This document shows positions 35,965-44,964 of a stretch of DNA of 60,231 nt, piece after piece. Under the pieces are notes generated by a model, which saw only the letters and a program-made list of their open reading frames with translations, made no database searches and was not told the DNA's origin. The number at the start of each line of letters is the position of its first letter. Position 1 is the stretch's first letter. The DNA is from Akkermansia muciniphila (lineage in GTDB: Bacteria > Verrucomicrobiota > Verrucomicrobiia > Limisphaerales > UBA9464), in NCBI GenBank assembly GCA_945900455.1, contig CAMDJH010000004.1, positions 1-60,231 of the forward strand, read 5' to 3'. Made by a program: the position numbers and the translations under genes.

Positions 35965-37020
35965 ATGAAAACCGTTGCCGTCATCGGTGCGTCCGGATAC
36001 TCGGGCGAAGAGCTCGTCCGCCTCCTCCTGAACCACCCCTTCGTCGAGCTCGCAGCCGTTACCTCGAGACAAAGCGCCGGCCTGACCGTCGCGCAGGTCT
36101 TTCCAAGGTTTGCCAGCCATCCGCGATCCAAGGTACTTCGATTCTCTGATCCCAATGCCCCTGTCCTAGCGACTCAGGCGGATCTGGTTTTTCTTGCCCT
36201 CCCCCATGGGGTCGCCGCTGAATTCGCCGTTCCTCTCCTCGACTCCGGCTGCACGGTGATCGATCTCAGCGCCGATTTCCGTCTAAAAAGCCCCGCCATC
36301 TATGCCGAATTCTACGGGCATAAGCATCCCGCCCCTTCTCTTCTCGAAAAATCCGTTTACGGCCTGCCCGAGCTCTATCGCTCTCAAATCCAGTCGGCCT
36401 CGCTCATCGCCTCGCCTGGTTGCTACCCCACCAGCATTCTTGTCCCCACCGTTCCTCTCCTCCGAGCGGGTCTGGTCAAATCAGGCGGAATCATCGCCGA
36501 TTCCCTCAGCGGCGTCAGCGGAGCCGGCCGCAAGGCAGAACTGGACTACCTCTTCTGCGAATGCAACGAGAGCATCCGCCCCTATGGTATTCCTAAACAC
36601 CGTCACCTGTCCGAGATCGAGGAACAATTGAGCCTCGCCGCCGGCACCGCCGTCACCGTCCAATTCACGCCCCATTTGGTCCCCGTGAACCGCGGCATCC
36701 TCACGACCCTCTACCTCGCCCCGACCCACCACTTCAGCTCCGAGACGGAAGCCGCCGCTCTCGCAGAAAAGATCTCGGACTGCTACCGATCTGCCTACGC
36801 AACGGAACCGTTCGTTCGCATCTTGGAAGGGAAAGCCCTCCCCGATACCAAGAATGTCGTCGGCACCAATGTCGTGGAAATCGCTTGGCGCCTCGACCCA
36901 CGCACCGGACGGCTGATTGTCCTCAGCGCCGAAGATAACATCGTCAAGGGTGCCAGCGGCCAAGCCGTCCAATGCATGAATATCGTCTGCGGCTACCCGG
37001 AAACCACCGGCTTGATTTGA
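35965..37020 (+). CDS. argC: N-acetyl-gamma-glutamyl-phosphate reductase
   Basis: MKTVAVIGASGYSGEELVRLL...IASPGCYPTS...SGVSGAGR...HRHLSEIE...DNIVKGASGQAVQCMN. Confidence 0.93.
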   Translation: MKTVAVIGASGYSGEELVRLLLNHPFVELAAVTSRQSAGLTVAQVFPRFASHPRSKVLRFSDPNAPVLATQADLVFLALPHGVAAEFAVPLLDSGCTVIDLSADFRLKSPAIYAEFYGHKHPAPSLLEKSVYGLPELYRSQIQSASLIASPGCYPTSILVPTVPLLRAGLVKSGGIIADSLSGVSGAGRKAELDYLFCECNESIRPYGIPKHRHLSEIEEQLSLAAGTAVTVQFTPHLVPVNRGILTTLYLAPTHHFSSETEAAALAEKISDCYRSAYATEPFVRILEGKALPDTKNVVGTNVVEIAWRLDPRTGRLIVLSAEDNIVKGASGQAVQCMNIVCGYPETTGLI

Positions 37021-37085
37021 TGAATCCGTTCACCCCCTTGCTCTGCCTCACGCCTGCTTCTACGTTGGCCTCCACTTAAAAGGAA

Positions 37086-37688
37086 ATGAGCCAGGAATCG
37101 AAGGAACCCAACACTGTTCAGCCCGGGGAAACCGCCCCGACGCCGGACGACCTCACTGCTGATATTCTGACTCCCGATCAGATCCAGTCTTTGAAGGTCG
37201 AGGCCGCCAAAGCATCCGAGCTCTTTGAGCGACTGCTCCGGACAACCGCCGATTTCGATAACTTCAAGAAAAGGGCCGCCCGGGAGCGCGACGAAACTCG
37301 CAAGGCGGCAACGGAAGGCGTCATCACGCGCCTGCTGCCCGTCCTCGACAATTTTGACATGGCCATGGCCGCTGCAAACCAGCCCAACACCAACCTCGAC
37401 GTCCTCAAGGCCGGCGTCTCGATGATTCACGGTCAGCTCCGGAGCGCATTCTCTGAGCTCGGCCTGGAAGAGATCTCGGTCCTTGGGCAACCCTTCGACC
37501 CAGCGCTGCACGAAGCCGTTTCTCAACTCGAAACAGCCAGCGTGCCCGAAGGTCAAGTCGTCCAGGAACTGCGCAAAGGCTTCCGTCTCCGCGAACGTCT
37601 CCTCCGACCCGCCAGCGTCGTCGTGGCTAAGGCCCCCGCCACCGACCCCACTTCCTCCGCACACCTATCCGCATCAACTCAAGACTGA
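37086..37688 (+). CDS. grpE: Nucleotide exchange factor GrpE
   Basis: ...[21 protein letters not shown]......[11 protein letters not shown]......G..MI..QL...L...G...I...G.PFDP.LHEAV.... Confidence 0.9.
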   Translation: MSQESKEPNTVQPGETAPTPDDLTADILTPDQIQSLKVEAAKASELFERLLRTTADFDNFKKRAARERDETRKAATEGVITRLLPVLDNFDMAMAAANQPNTNLDVLKAGVSMIHGQLRSAFSELGLEEISVLGQPFDPALHEAVSQLETASVPEGQVVQELRKGFRLRERLLRPASVVVAKAPATDPTSSAHLSASTQD

Positions 37689-37692
37689 CTCG

Positions 37693-38853
37693 ATGGCCAG
37701 CAAACGCGATTATTACGAAATTCTCGGCATCGCCCGCTCCGCATCCGACGAAGAAATCAAGAAGGCTTACCGCAAGCTCGCGGTGAAATTTCACCCGGAT
37801 AAGAACCCGGGAGACAAGTCGGCCGAGGACAAGTTCAAGGAACTCAGTCAGGCCTACGAAGCCCTCAGTGACCCACAAAAACGGGCTGCTTACGACCAGT
37901 TTGGCCATGCCGCCTTCGATCCCCGCGCGCGCGCTGGAAACGGGGCCGGAGCCCGTGGCGGCGGATTCCATGACCCGATGGATATCTTTCGCGAGGTCTT
38001 CAGTGGAGGGGGCGGCGGTGGCAGCATCTTCGAAAGTTTTTTTGGCGGCGGCGGCGAGGAAACCGACCCCGGCGGACCGCAACGCGGTGACGACCTGCGC
38101 TATGACCTCGAGGTTTCCCTCGAAGACGCGATCCACGGCGCGGAAAAGCAGATCACCATCTCCAAACCTGGAGTGTGCGACACATGCTCCGGCACAGGCG
38201 CAGAAAAGGGATCGCGCCGGATCGCCTGCACTCAGTGTGGCGGCCGCGGCCGAGTCGTCATGTCCCGAGGCATCTTTAGCATCCAGCAAACCTGCCCGCG
38301 CTGCAGCGGAGCCGGTCAAACGCTCGAAAAACCCTGCAAATCCTGCACTGGACAGGGCCGCAGAAATCAGTCTACCACCATCACGCTCAAGATTCCCGCA
38401 GGTGTGGACGACGGCATGCGCCTGCGCTCGACCGGAAATGGTGTTGCGGGTTTCCGAGGCGGGCCCTCCGGAGATCTCTACGTCCAGCTCCAAGTCCGGG
38501 AGCACGAAATTTTCCAGCGAGATGGCAGCAACCTCATCTGTGAAGTTCCTGTCACTTTTTCCCAAGCGGCTCTGGGTGCCGATGTCGACGTGCCCACGCT
38601 TTCCGGCGGTGCTCAAATCCGCTTACCCGCCGGCACCCAAAACAGTACCGTGTTCCGCCTAAAAGGGCGTGGTGCCAAGGATCTGCAGAGCCATGGTACC
38701 GGGGACCTGATGGTGCGCATCACCGTTGAAATCCCCACCAACCTCAATGCCGCTCAGCGCCAGAAGCTCGAAGAGTTCGCCCACCTTTGCGGCCACGACG
38801 TAAACCCCAATAACCGCTCCTTCTTCGAACGGGCACGCGCATTCTTCAGCTGA
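37693..38853 (+). CDS. dnaJ: Molecular chaperone DnaJ
   Basis: J-domain [10 protein letters not shown]....[23 protein letters not shown], a G/F-rich linker, and four CxxCxGxG zinc-finger repeats. The start is taken at the ATG at 37693, just after the grpE stop. Confidence 0.95.
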   Translation: MASKRDYYEILGIARSASDEEIKKAYRKLAVKFHPDKNPGDKSAEDKFKELSQAYEALSDPQKRAAYDQFGHAAFDPRARAGNGAGARGGGFHDPMDIFREVFSGGGGGGSIFESFFGGGGEETDPGGPQRGDDLRYDLEVSLEDAIHGAEKQITISKPGVCDTCSGTGAEKGSRRIACTQCGGRGRVVMSRGIFSIQQTCPRCSGAGQTLEKPCKSCTGQGRRNQSTTITLKIPAGVDDGMRLRSTGNGVAGFRGGPSGDLYVQLQVREHEIFQRDGSNLICEVPVTFSQAALGADVDVPTLSGGAQIRLPAGTQNSTVFRLKGRGAKDLQSHGTGDLMVRITVEIPTNLNAAQRQKLEEFAHLCGHDVNPNNRSFFERARAFFS

Positions 38854-39118
38854 CCCGAACTCTCCTCACCCGACCCCTCGCCGGTCCAACGGACAGAACG
38901 TCCTGTCACCTCCCCATGCACCGACTCCATTTTGCAATTCGAGGACGAAGAACGAGCGCGACGGACGAGGACGAATTGAAGGACCCCATTGCGGCGCTTT
39001 CGTCCTCGTCCTTCGTCCGTCGATGGCAACGAAGCGCACACTGACCTATGTACCGGGATGCACGGAGCTCAGTTCATGCTCACAATTCATGTCCAGTTGT
39101 TGAAAAACATTCCTCCCC

Positions 39119-39892
39119 ATGCACCGCTTCTTTTTGTCACCGGAAGCTTGCCATCAAGAACTCGTTGAACTGGGTGACGACGATAGCCGGCACGCCGCAC
39201 GCGTCTTGCGTGTTAACCCTGGGGATTCAATCGAAATTCTGGACGGTGTCGGAGCTGTCCTCCATTGCGTCGTAAGCAACGTGGCCAAATCCGCCGTTTC
39301 GGCCCGCGTTCTCCGACGGCAACGAATTCCAGCTTCGATCGCCTCCATCACGCTCCTGCAAGCACTCGTCAAAACCAAGGCGTGGGATGCCATCCTTCAG
39401 AAAGCTACTGAACTCGGGACCAACCGGATCGTTCCCCTTGCCGCAGCTCGAAGCGTCTGTGTGCTCTCTCCCGCGGACGCCGCCGGCAAGCTTTCCGGAT
39501 GGCGAACCACCATGATCGAAGCCGCCAAACAGTGCGGAACTCCCTGGCTGCCGACAATCGAAACGCCCGTGACACCGGGACAATGGCTCCAAAACAATAG
39601 CCACGTCACCCGCCCAGACATGCTGCTGCTCTGTTCCCTGGAACCCGCCGCAGGCCACCTCGGAACGGTCTTCTCCGAATTTCTCCGACAGCATGACCAT
39701 CCCCCCCAGACCATCGCCATCGCCATTGGCCCCGAAGGTGATTTTTCGCCCGAGGAACTCCAGGCCTTCAAATCTGCGAATTCCATCCCCATCACACTGG
39801 GCCGGCATGTCTTGCGTGCGGACACCGCCGCCATCGCCGCCATCGCCGTGGTCCAGCACGAGTTGACGCGGGCAAGGGTCTCAGGCCCATGA
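39119..39892 (+). CDS. rsmE: 16S rRNA (uracil1498-N3)-methyltransferase RsmE
   Basis: MHRFFL......L.GDD..H...VLRV..GD.I...DG, plus the C-terminal ...IGPEGDFSPEE......I.LG..VLR.DTAA.... Confidence 0.88.
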   Translation: MHRFFLSPEACHQELVELGDDDSRHAARVLRVNPGDSIEILDGVGAVLHCVVSNVAKSAVSARVLRRQRIPASIASITLLQALVKTKAWDAILQKATELGTNRIVPLAAARSVCVLSPADAAGKLSGWRTTMIEAAKQCGTPWLPTIETPVTPGQWLQNNSHVTRPDMLLLCSLEPAAGHLGTVFSEFLRQHDHPPQTIAIAIGPEGDFSPEELQAFKSANSIPITLGRHVLRADTAAIAAIAVVQHELTRARVSGP

Positions 39893-40806
39893 AACAAGGG
39901 CGAATACTCGTCATCCGGGGGGGCGCGATCGGCGACTTCATTCTAACTCTGCCCGCTCTTGCGGCACTTCGTTCGACATTTCCCGACACCCGAGTGGAGG
40001 TGCTCGGATATCCGCACATTGCCAGTCTAGCGGATGCGGCTGGAGTTGTTGATGCCGTAATCCCGATTGAATCGCGCGCACTCGCGAGCTTCTTTGCGCG
40101 CAACGGACCGCTGGATCCTGCCATGTCGGAGTATTTCGCTGGGTGTCAGGTCATCTTCAGTTACCTGTTTGATCCGGACGAAATCTTCCGTGAAAACCTG
40201 TCTCGGGTCACGCGAGCGCAGGTAATTCAGGGTCCTCATCGCCCAGACGAAACACGAACGGAACATGCCGCGGAACAATTGCTCCAGCCTCTCGAACGGA
40301 TGGCCATTTTTGGTGCGGATTCAACCCCTCGAATCACGGCAGGTACCGGATTCGGCCCGTCACCCAGCGACCCCCGGCTCGTCGCGCTCCATCCGGGTAG
40401 CGGCAGCGCCAGCAAGAACTGGTCGGCTCAATTCTGGCAAGAATTGATGCAACGCCTGGCGGAGACGCCCGTCAGTCGATTCCTACTCATTGGCGGGGAG
40501 GCCGAAGGGAATCGTCTCGAACGAATGGCTTCAAGACTTCCGGGTGACCGCTGCGAACTATTGAAGGGACGCTCCCTGCCGGAAGTTGCGCGGCGGCTCG
40601 CCGGTGCCGGCGCATTCGTGGGGCACGATTCCGGCATCACGCACATGGCAGCGGCGGTGGGTCTGCGAGGGGTTGCTTTGTGGAGAGAATCCAACGCCAC
40701 GGTCTGGCGACCCCGGAGTGATCTCTTTCGGTTGGTACAGGCGGGGGACCGCCCGGAGATCGAGGCCATCCCTGAGATTCTAAAGTGGTTGTCCGCCGAA
40801 AGGTGA
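39889..40806 (+). CDS. Glycosyltransferase family 9 (LPS heptosyltransferase-like)
   Basis: ILVIRGGAIGDFILTLPALAALRSTFP...HPGSGSASKNW...FVGHDSGITHMAAAVG. There is an ATGA overlap with rsmE. Confidence 0.8.
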   Translation: MKQGRILVIRGGAIGDFILTLPALAALRSTFPDTRVEVLGYPHIASLADAAGVVDAVIPIESRALASFFARNGPLDPAMSEYFAGCQVIFSYLFDPDEIFRENLSRVTRAQVIQGPHRPDETRTEHAAEQLLQPLERMAIFGADSTPRITAGTGFGPSPSDPRLVALHPGSGSASKNWSAQFWQELMQRLAETPVSRFLLIGGEAEGNRLERMASRLPGDRCELLKGRSLPEVARRLAGAGAFVGHDSGITHMAAAVGLRGVALWRESNATVWRPRSDLFRLVQAGDRPEIEAIPEILKWLSAER

Positions 40807-40893
40807 GATGAATTTCACGGAATGACATTCACACCCCGCAGTCCAAAAAGCGGAGCAGCCGCGAGGAGGACGCGGTCGTTGAATTCAGCGAGT

Positions 40894-41172
40894 TCATCGA
40901 ACATCGCGTTCCTCGGAGATTATTTGTGTGGAATCGGTGCCTCCAGAAAGCGCGCCTGAGCGTACAAGCGCTTCGTATTCCGGGAGCAGTGGCCTTTTAG
41001 CCCAATGGGATACTCGGGGCGCAATGGGTGGGTGCATCTTCTCCTCGGCGAGGAGCGCGATTTCAATCAAATGGATGGTTTCCTGCGTAACGGAACGTCG
41101 ATGAGCCGCGGCGGTATGCCTCAGTCTCGCATGGAGAGCTTCGGGAAAGGATTTGATGACAAGCGCTGGCAT
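40894..41172 (-). CDS. Ribbon-helix-helix (Arc/FitA/plasmid-stability type) antitoxin-like protein, apparently orphan
   Basis: MPALVIKSFPEALHARLRHTAAAHRRSVTQETIHLIE is a typical RHH N-terminus. The tail ...DSTQIISEERDVR resembles VapB/FitA-type antitoxins. No PIN/VapC ORF follows (only 87 nt lie before the next gene). Confidence 0.6.
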   Translation of the reverse strand: MPALVIKSFPEALHARLRHTAAAHRRSVTQETIHLIEIALLAEEKMHPPIAPRVSHWAKRPLLPEYEALVRSGALSGGTDSTQIISEERDVR

Positions 41173-41246
41173 GGTGAATGAAGGGTACCATTTTGATTCC
41201 CTTTTGCTAGTTTCATTTCACCAAAATCAATCGGCTATTTCTACAT

Positions 41247-41274
41247 ATAAAATGTCCCGGTCGGGACATTTTAT
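41247..41274. promoter_or_regulatory. Perfect 13+2+13 palindrome (ATAAAATGTCCCG-GT-CGGGACATTTTAT) in a divergent promoter region; candidate operator
   Basis: Read directly. It lies 75 bp upstream of the RHH gene start and 64 bp upstream of the DUF485 gene start. Confidence 0.5.
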
Positions 41275-41337
41275 CCACCTACACAACCGGACAACCCTCG
41301 GCTTGTGACACCAGTCGTTCCCTGGTAAACCCCCCGG

Positions 41338-41655
41338 GTGCAAACCCAGTCCGATCGTGTTCACAGCGAAGCGTTCCTTCGCCAATTGATGTCCCGTCAG
41401 TTGCGCCTGTCCATTTATTGCGCCGCCATTTTTCTCGTTGCCTTGCTGGGATTGCCGCTGTGCAACTTCCTCGCTCCGGATTTCATGGCCCAACGGATCG
41501 GTGGATTCACGCTGACGTGGCTCCTGCTCGGCGTCCTCTTCTTCCCGCTCGTCTGGATCATCGCCGCCTTCTTCATCCGCAAGTCCATTGACCTGGAAAA
41601 CGCGGAGATTCGTGAAATCGCAGCCAGTCGGCCATCCCACTCCGAGAATCGCTGA
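41338..41655 (+). CDS. DUF485 membrane protein (YjcH-like, partner of the acetate permease)
   Basis: Two TM segments. ...RQLRLSIYCAAIFLVALLGLPLCNF....GFTLTWLLLGVLFFPLVWIIAAFFIRKS. It sits directly upstream of the SSS transporter, as in yjcH-actP. GTG start. Confidence 0.8.
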   Translation: MQTQSDRVHSEAFLRQLMSRQLRLSIYCAAIFLVALLGLPLCNFLAPDFMAQRIGGFTLTWLLLGVLFFPLVWIIAAFFIRKSIDLENAEIREIAASRPSHSENR

Positions 41656-41708
41656 GGATCCTTACAACCCACCGAGTCCGTCCATCCGCGCCTCACTAAA
41701 TCCCCCTC

Positions 41709-43526
41709 GTGTTCACTCAACTTTTCCTCGCCGCCGTCGATCCCTGGATTCTCGCCTGTAGCAGCTTCACGGTGCTCGGCACCATCGTGATGGGCTTCTG
41801 GGCGGCGGGTCGTTCCCGAACCGCTTCCGACTTTTTTGTCGCCGGCCGCGGTGTCAGCGTCGGTTGGAATGCCTCGGCCATCTCCGGTGAATACCTGAGC
41901 GCCGCCTCCTTTATGGGTGTCGCCGGAATGGTGATGTCTTCGGGTTATGATGCCCTCTGGTATCCGGTGTGTTATGCCTGCGGGTACTTGTTTCTCCTGC
42001 TGTTCATCGCCGGGCCCCTGCGGCGGTTTGGGGCTTATACAATCCCGGATTTTGCGGAGGGACGCTACGACTCCCCTCTGTTCCGACGGATTGCGGTGGT
42101 GTTTGTTCTATTCATCGGATTTTTCTATACGATGCCGCAAATGAAAGGGGCGGGCACAACCCTGGCGTATATTTTCCAAGACATCACCTGGTTTGGTCGA
42201 CCCGGGTTGCCCTACCCGGTGGGCGTGGTACTCGTTGGGGTGGTGATCACCTTCAATGTCGCCCTGGGAGGGATGAAGGGGATCACCCTGGTTCAAGCGG
42301 GCCAATATTGGATCAAGATGTTCGCCATCGCCACTCCGGTCTTTGTGCTGCTGTCGGTCTACGGAGGCTATGGGAGGCAGTTGCAGCTAAACGATTCGGG
42401 TGCCGGTCGCGTGCAAATCCGCGCCAGTGAAACAATTCGACAGGCCCTTCCAGCCAAGGCGCCGGCGGACGCCACCTGGATGAATCCGTTTGGCCCCCTC
42501 ACCACCAAGGCAGCCAAGGCCGCGAAACTCGACGCACCCACCACGCGACGCTACGCGCTACTATACACCTATTCCCTGATCATAGCCCTCGTTTGCGGAA
42601 CAGCCGGTCTGCCTCACATTCTGGTTCGTTTTTACACAAATCCCGATGGCGTCGCCGCCAAGCGAACGACGATGTGGGTCATGGTTCTGATCGGAGTGTT
42701 TTACGTCTTTCCGCCAATATTCGGAGCCCTGGGACGCAACTGGATGCCGGAGTTGTACAATGGGTTGAGCGGAGTGAAGGGAACCGATGGCATTGTGCTG
42801 CGGCTCCCCGTGATTCTCCGCGAACGTTATGGAATGCTTGGATCGGTGCTCAGCGGGATCACGTGTGCCGGAGCTTTTGCAGCGTTCATGAGCACGTTCT
42901 CCGGATTGCTGGTCAGCATGACCGGAGCGCTGGCTCACGACGTTTACGGACGAATTCTGCGCCCCGATGCCTCGGCGGCGGACCGAATGCGCATGTTCAA
43001 ATGGTGTGCCCTGTTCATCGGCCTGGTGGCCATCGGTCTCGGCACACTCGTCGAAAATTTTGAAATCAACTTCATGGTTGGACAGGCGTTCGCCATCGCG
43101 GCTGCCAGCTATTTCCCATTGCTCTTCATGAGCGTGTGGTGGCGAGGTATGACAACGCGCGGCGCCGCCACCGGGATGCTGGGGGGCGGCCTCTGCGCTG
43201 TCGCCGCAATCTCCCTCACCAGCTATACAACGTTCGTGACCACGATGGCGGGAAAATTTGCCGATCGCCCAATGCCCGAATGGCTCGCCTGGATGAAAGC
43301 CCATTCGCTCGAAACGTTCTGGGCCGCCCATCCACTGCAGCGAATCCTCTGCGAACAACCGGCCCTTTGGGCGGTCCCATTGGCGATCCTTTTGATGGTG
43401 GTCGTGTCGAAGCTGACGGCGAGCTCAATACCGAAGGATATACGGATGAAGATGCTGGTGCTGCACGCGCCGGAGAAACTCGGGTTAAAGCAGGAGTATA
43501 TCCGCGAGCATGATGGGGCTCTTTAA
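41709..43526 (+). CDS. actP: Sodium:solute symporter family, cation/acetate symporter ActP-like
   Basis: ...FFVAGRGVSVGWNASAISGEYLSAASFMGVAGMVMSSGYDALWYPVCYACGYLFLLLFIAGPLRRFGAYTIPDF... closely parallels the ActP N-terminal region. About 13 TM segments. GTG start. Confidence 0.85.
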   Translation: MFTQLFLAAVDPWILACSSFTVLGTIVMGFWAAGRSRTASDFFVAGRGVSVGWNASAISGEYLSAASFMGVAGMVMSSGYDALWYPVCYACGYLFLLLFIAGPLRRFGAYTIPDFAEGRYDSPLFRRIAVVFVLFIGFFYTMPQMKGAGTTLAYIFQDITWFGRPGLPYPVGVVLVGVVITFNVALGGMKGITLVQAGQYWIKMFAIATPVFVLLSVYGGYGRQLQLNDSGAGRVQIRASETIRQALPAKAPADATWMNPFGPLTTKAAKAAKLDAPTTRRYALLYTYSLIIALVCGTAGLPHILVRFYTNPDGVAAKRTTMWVMVLIGVFYVFPPIFGALGRNWMPELYNGLSGVKGTDGIVLRLPVILRERYGMLGSVLSGITCAGAFAAFMSTFSGLLVSMTGALAHDVYGRILRPDASAADRMRMFKWCALFIGLVAIGLGTLVENFEINFMVGQAFAIAAASYFPLLFMSVWWRGMTTRGAATGMLGGGLCAVAAISLTSYTTFVTTMAGKFADRPMPEWLAWMKAHSLETFWAAHPLQRILCEQPALWAVPLAILLMVVVSKLTASSIPKDIRMKMLVLHAPEKLGLKQEYIREHDGAL

Positions 43527-43571
43527 CGCTGCCAACCCCCGCGCTGGGTCCGATGACGATCCGCCGCCATT

Positions 43572-44522
43572 TCAGGCCGACACGGCCCGCACCGCTTCAA
43601 ATGCCTCGATCGCCCGACGCATTTTATCGAGAGCTATGTTCTGCACCTGCCGAATCCGCTCCCGTGTCACTCCAAACTTTAGCCCGATGTCATCCAACGT
43701 TCGCTCACGGCCAGTGGCAAAACCAAACCGTTCCCGAATGATGGTCAACTCCCGGGCATCCAGCAGGGATAACATGTTCCGAACCATGGAGTGATTCCCG
43801 CGTTCCTCCAACTGCTCATAAGGTGACGCAATCCGATCATCCGCCAACACATCCGCCAGTCGCCCACCGTCGTCGTCCGAGCCCAGTGGCGCCTCCAGGG
43901 AGGTCACCTGCATCGATGCTCGCTTCCATAGTTGAATCTTGCGGATCGTGGTCTTCAACTCCGCCGCGAGTTCCTCGTCCGTCGCCTCCCGCCCGTACTG
44001 CTCCTCCAGTCGATTTCCCGCCCACCGCATCTTTGCCACTCTATCAACCAAATGGATAGGGAGGCGGATGGTTTTCGACTGATTGGCAATCGCCCGCTTG
44101 ATCGACTGCTTGATCCACCAGGATCCGTAAGTGGAGAGCTTACCGCCCTTGGCCGGATCAAATCGTTCAACCGCCTTCATCAGACCCAGGTTGCCCTCGT
44201 TGATTAGATCCAGCAGGGGTAGACCCAATCCCTCGTAGGCTCGGGCCATTTTGACCACCAGACGGAGATTGGCCCGAATCATGTGCTCGCGAGCCGCCTC
44301 GTCACCTCGCCGTATGCGGGCCGCTAATTGGATCTCCTCGTCAACGGTCAATAATGGAACTTCACCAACCTCCCTCATGTACCGGCTTAACGCAGTGACT
44401 GGTTCCACCGCCCGGTCTGCCTCCGCGCTCGAAACCCTTGAAGGGACCGGAATGAACGAGAATCTCGGCATCACCAAACGACTGATCTCCGTGGGCAGGT
44501 TCTCCTTGCTTCGTCTTTTCAT
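43572..44522 (-). CDS. RNA polymerase sigma-70 family factor (RpoD-like, regions 1.2-4)
   Basis: YMREVGEVPLLTVDEEIQLA..I..GD......MIRANLRLVVKMARAYEGLGLPLLDLINEGNLGLMKAVERFDP.KG.KLSTYGSWWIKQSIKRAI...SKTIRLPIH......TLDDIGLKFGVTRERIRQVQNIAL.KMR. Confidence 0.92.
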   Translation of the reverse strand: MKRRSKENLPTEISRLVMPRFSFIPVPSRVSSAEADRAVEPVTALSRYMREVGEVPLLTVDEEIQLAARIRRGDEAAREHMIRANLRLVVKMARAYEGLGLPLLDLINEGNLGLMKAVERFDPAKGGKLSTYGSWWIKQSIKRAIANQSKTIRLPIHLVDRVAKMRWAGNRLEEQYGREATDEELAAELKTTIRKIQLWKRASMQVTSLEAPLGSDDDGGRLADVLADDRIASPYEQLEERGNHSMVRNMLSLLDARELTIIRERFGFATGRERTLDDIGLKFGVTRERIRQVQNIALDKMRRAIEAFEAVRAVSA

Positions 44523-44964
44523 GATTTCACACGGTTGAATTAAAAACTAAAGCCACTTTTGTTTATTTATTGTCTAATATCTAGGACCAATAAAAACTAA
44601 ACTGCTGTCGTTGTCAATAATTTGACTAGTTTTTCTGTCGATGTTCTCGAAGAGGAAATCGGGAGAGATGACTGCCGAGTGAATTCGCAGAGAAACGTCC
44701 GCGATGGGTCCTCTTGCTTCGGGCCAACGGCCCGTGATTCCTCAGCCCAGCCCAACGGGCTGGGTCATGGGTAGCGTCTGCGAGTCCGCGAGAGGGCCCC
44801 GTGGGGTCGCTCTACCGTCCTAAATTGGCAACAGTTCCCGTCCGGCCGAATCGTCACGCCTGCAACGCGCATCAGCGCTCGGGAAATTCTGAAAAAAAAC
44901 ACGTAGGCCCTGGAATGTGCCCAGAGAACCCGATAGCTTCCGGAAGATCCCCATTGTAATACGA

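Noticed and set aside
37021-37085. CIRCE/HrcA operator (TTAGCACTC-N9-GAGTGCTAA) upstream of grpE-dnaJ.
   Set aside because: It is not present in the 65-bp spacer, and I found no similar inverted repeat nearby.
40807-40893. Possible PIN/VapC toxin relic downstream of the RHH antitoxin-like gene. One frame reads DELAEFNDRVLLAAAPLFGLRGVNVIP*, a little like a VapC C-terminus.
   Set aside because: Only 27 codons are present. There are no conserved PIN acidic residues or (L)ATRN motif. The evidence is insufficient.
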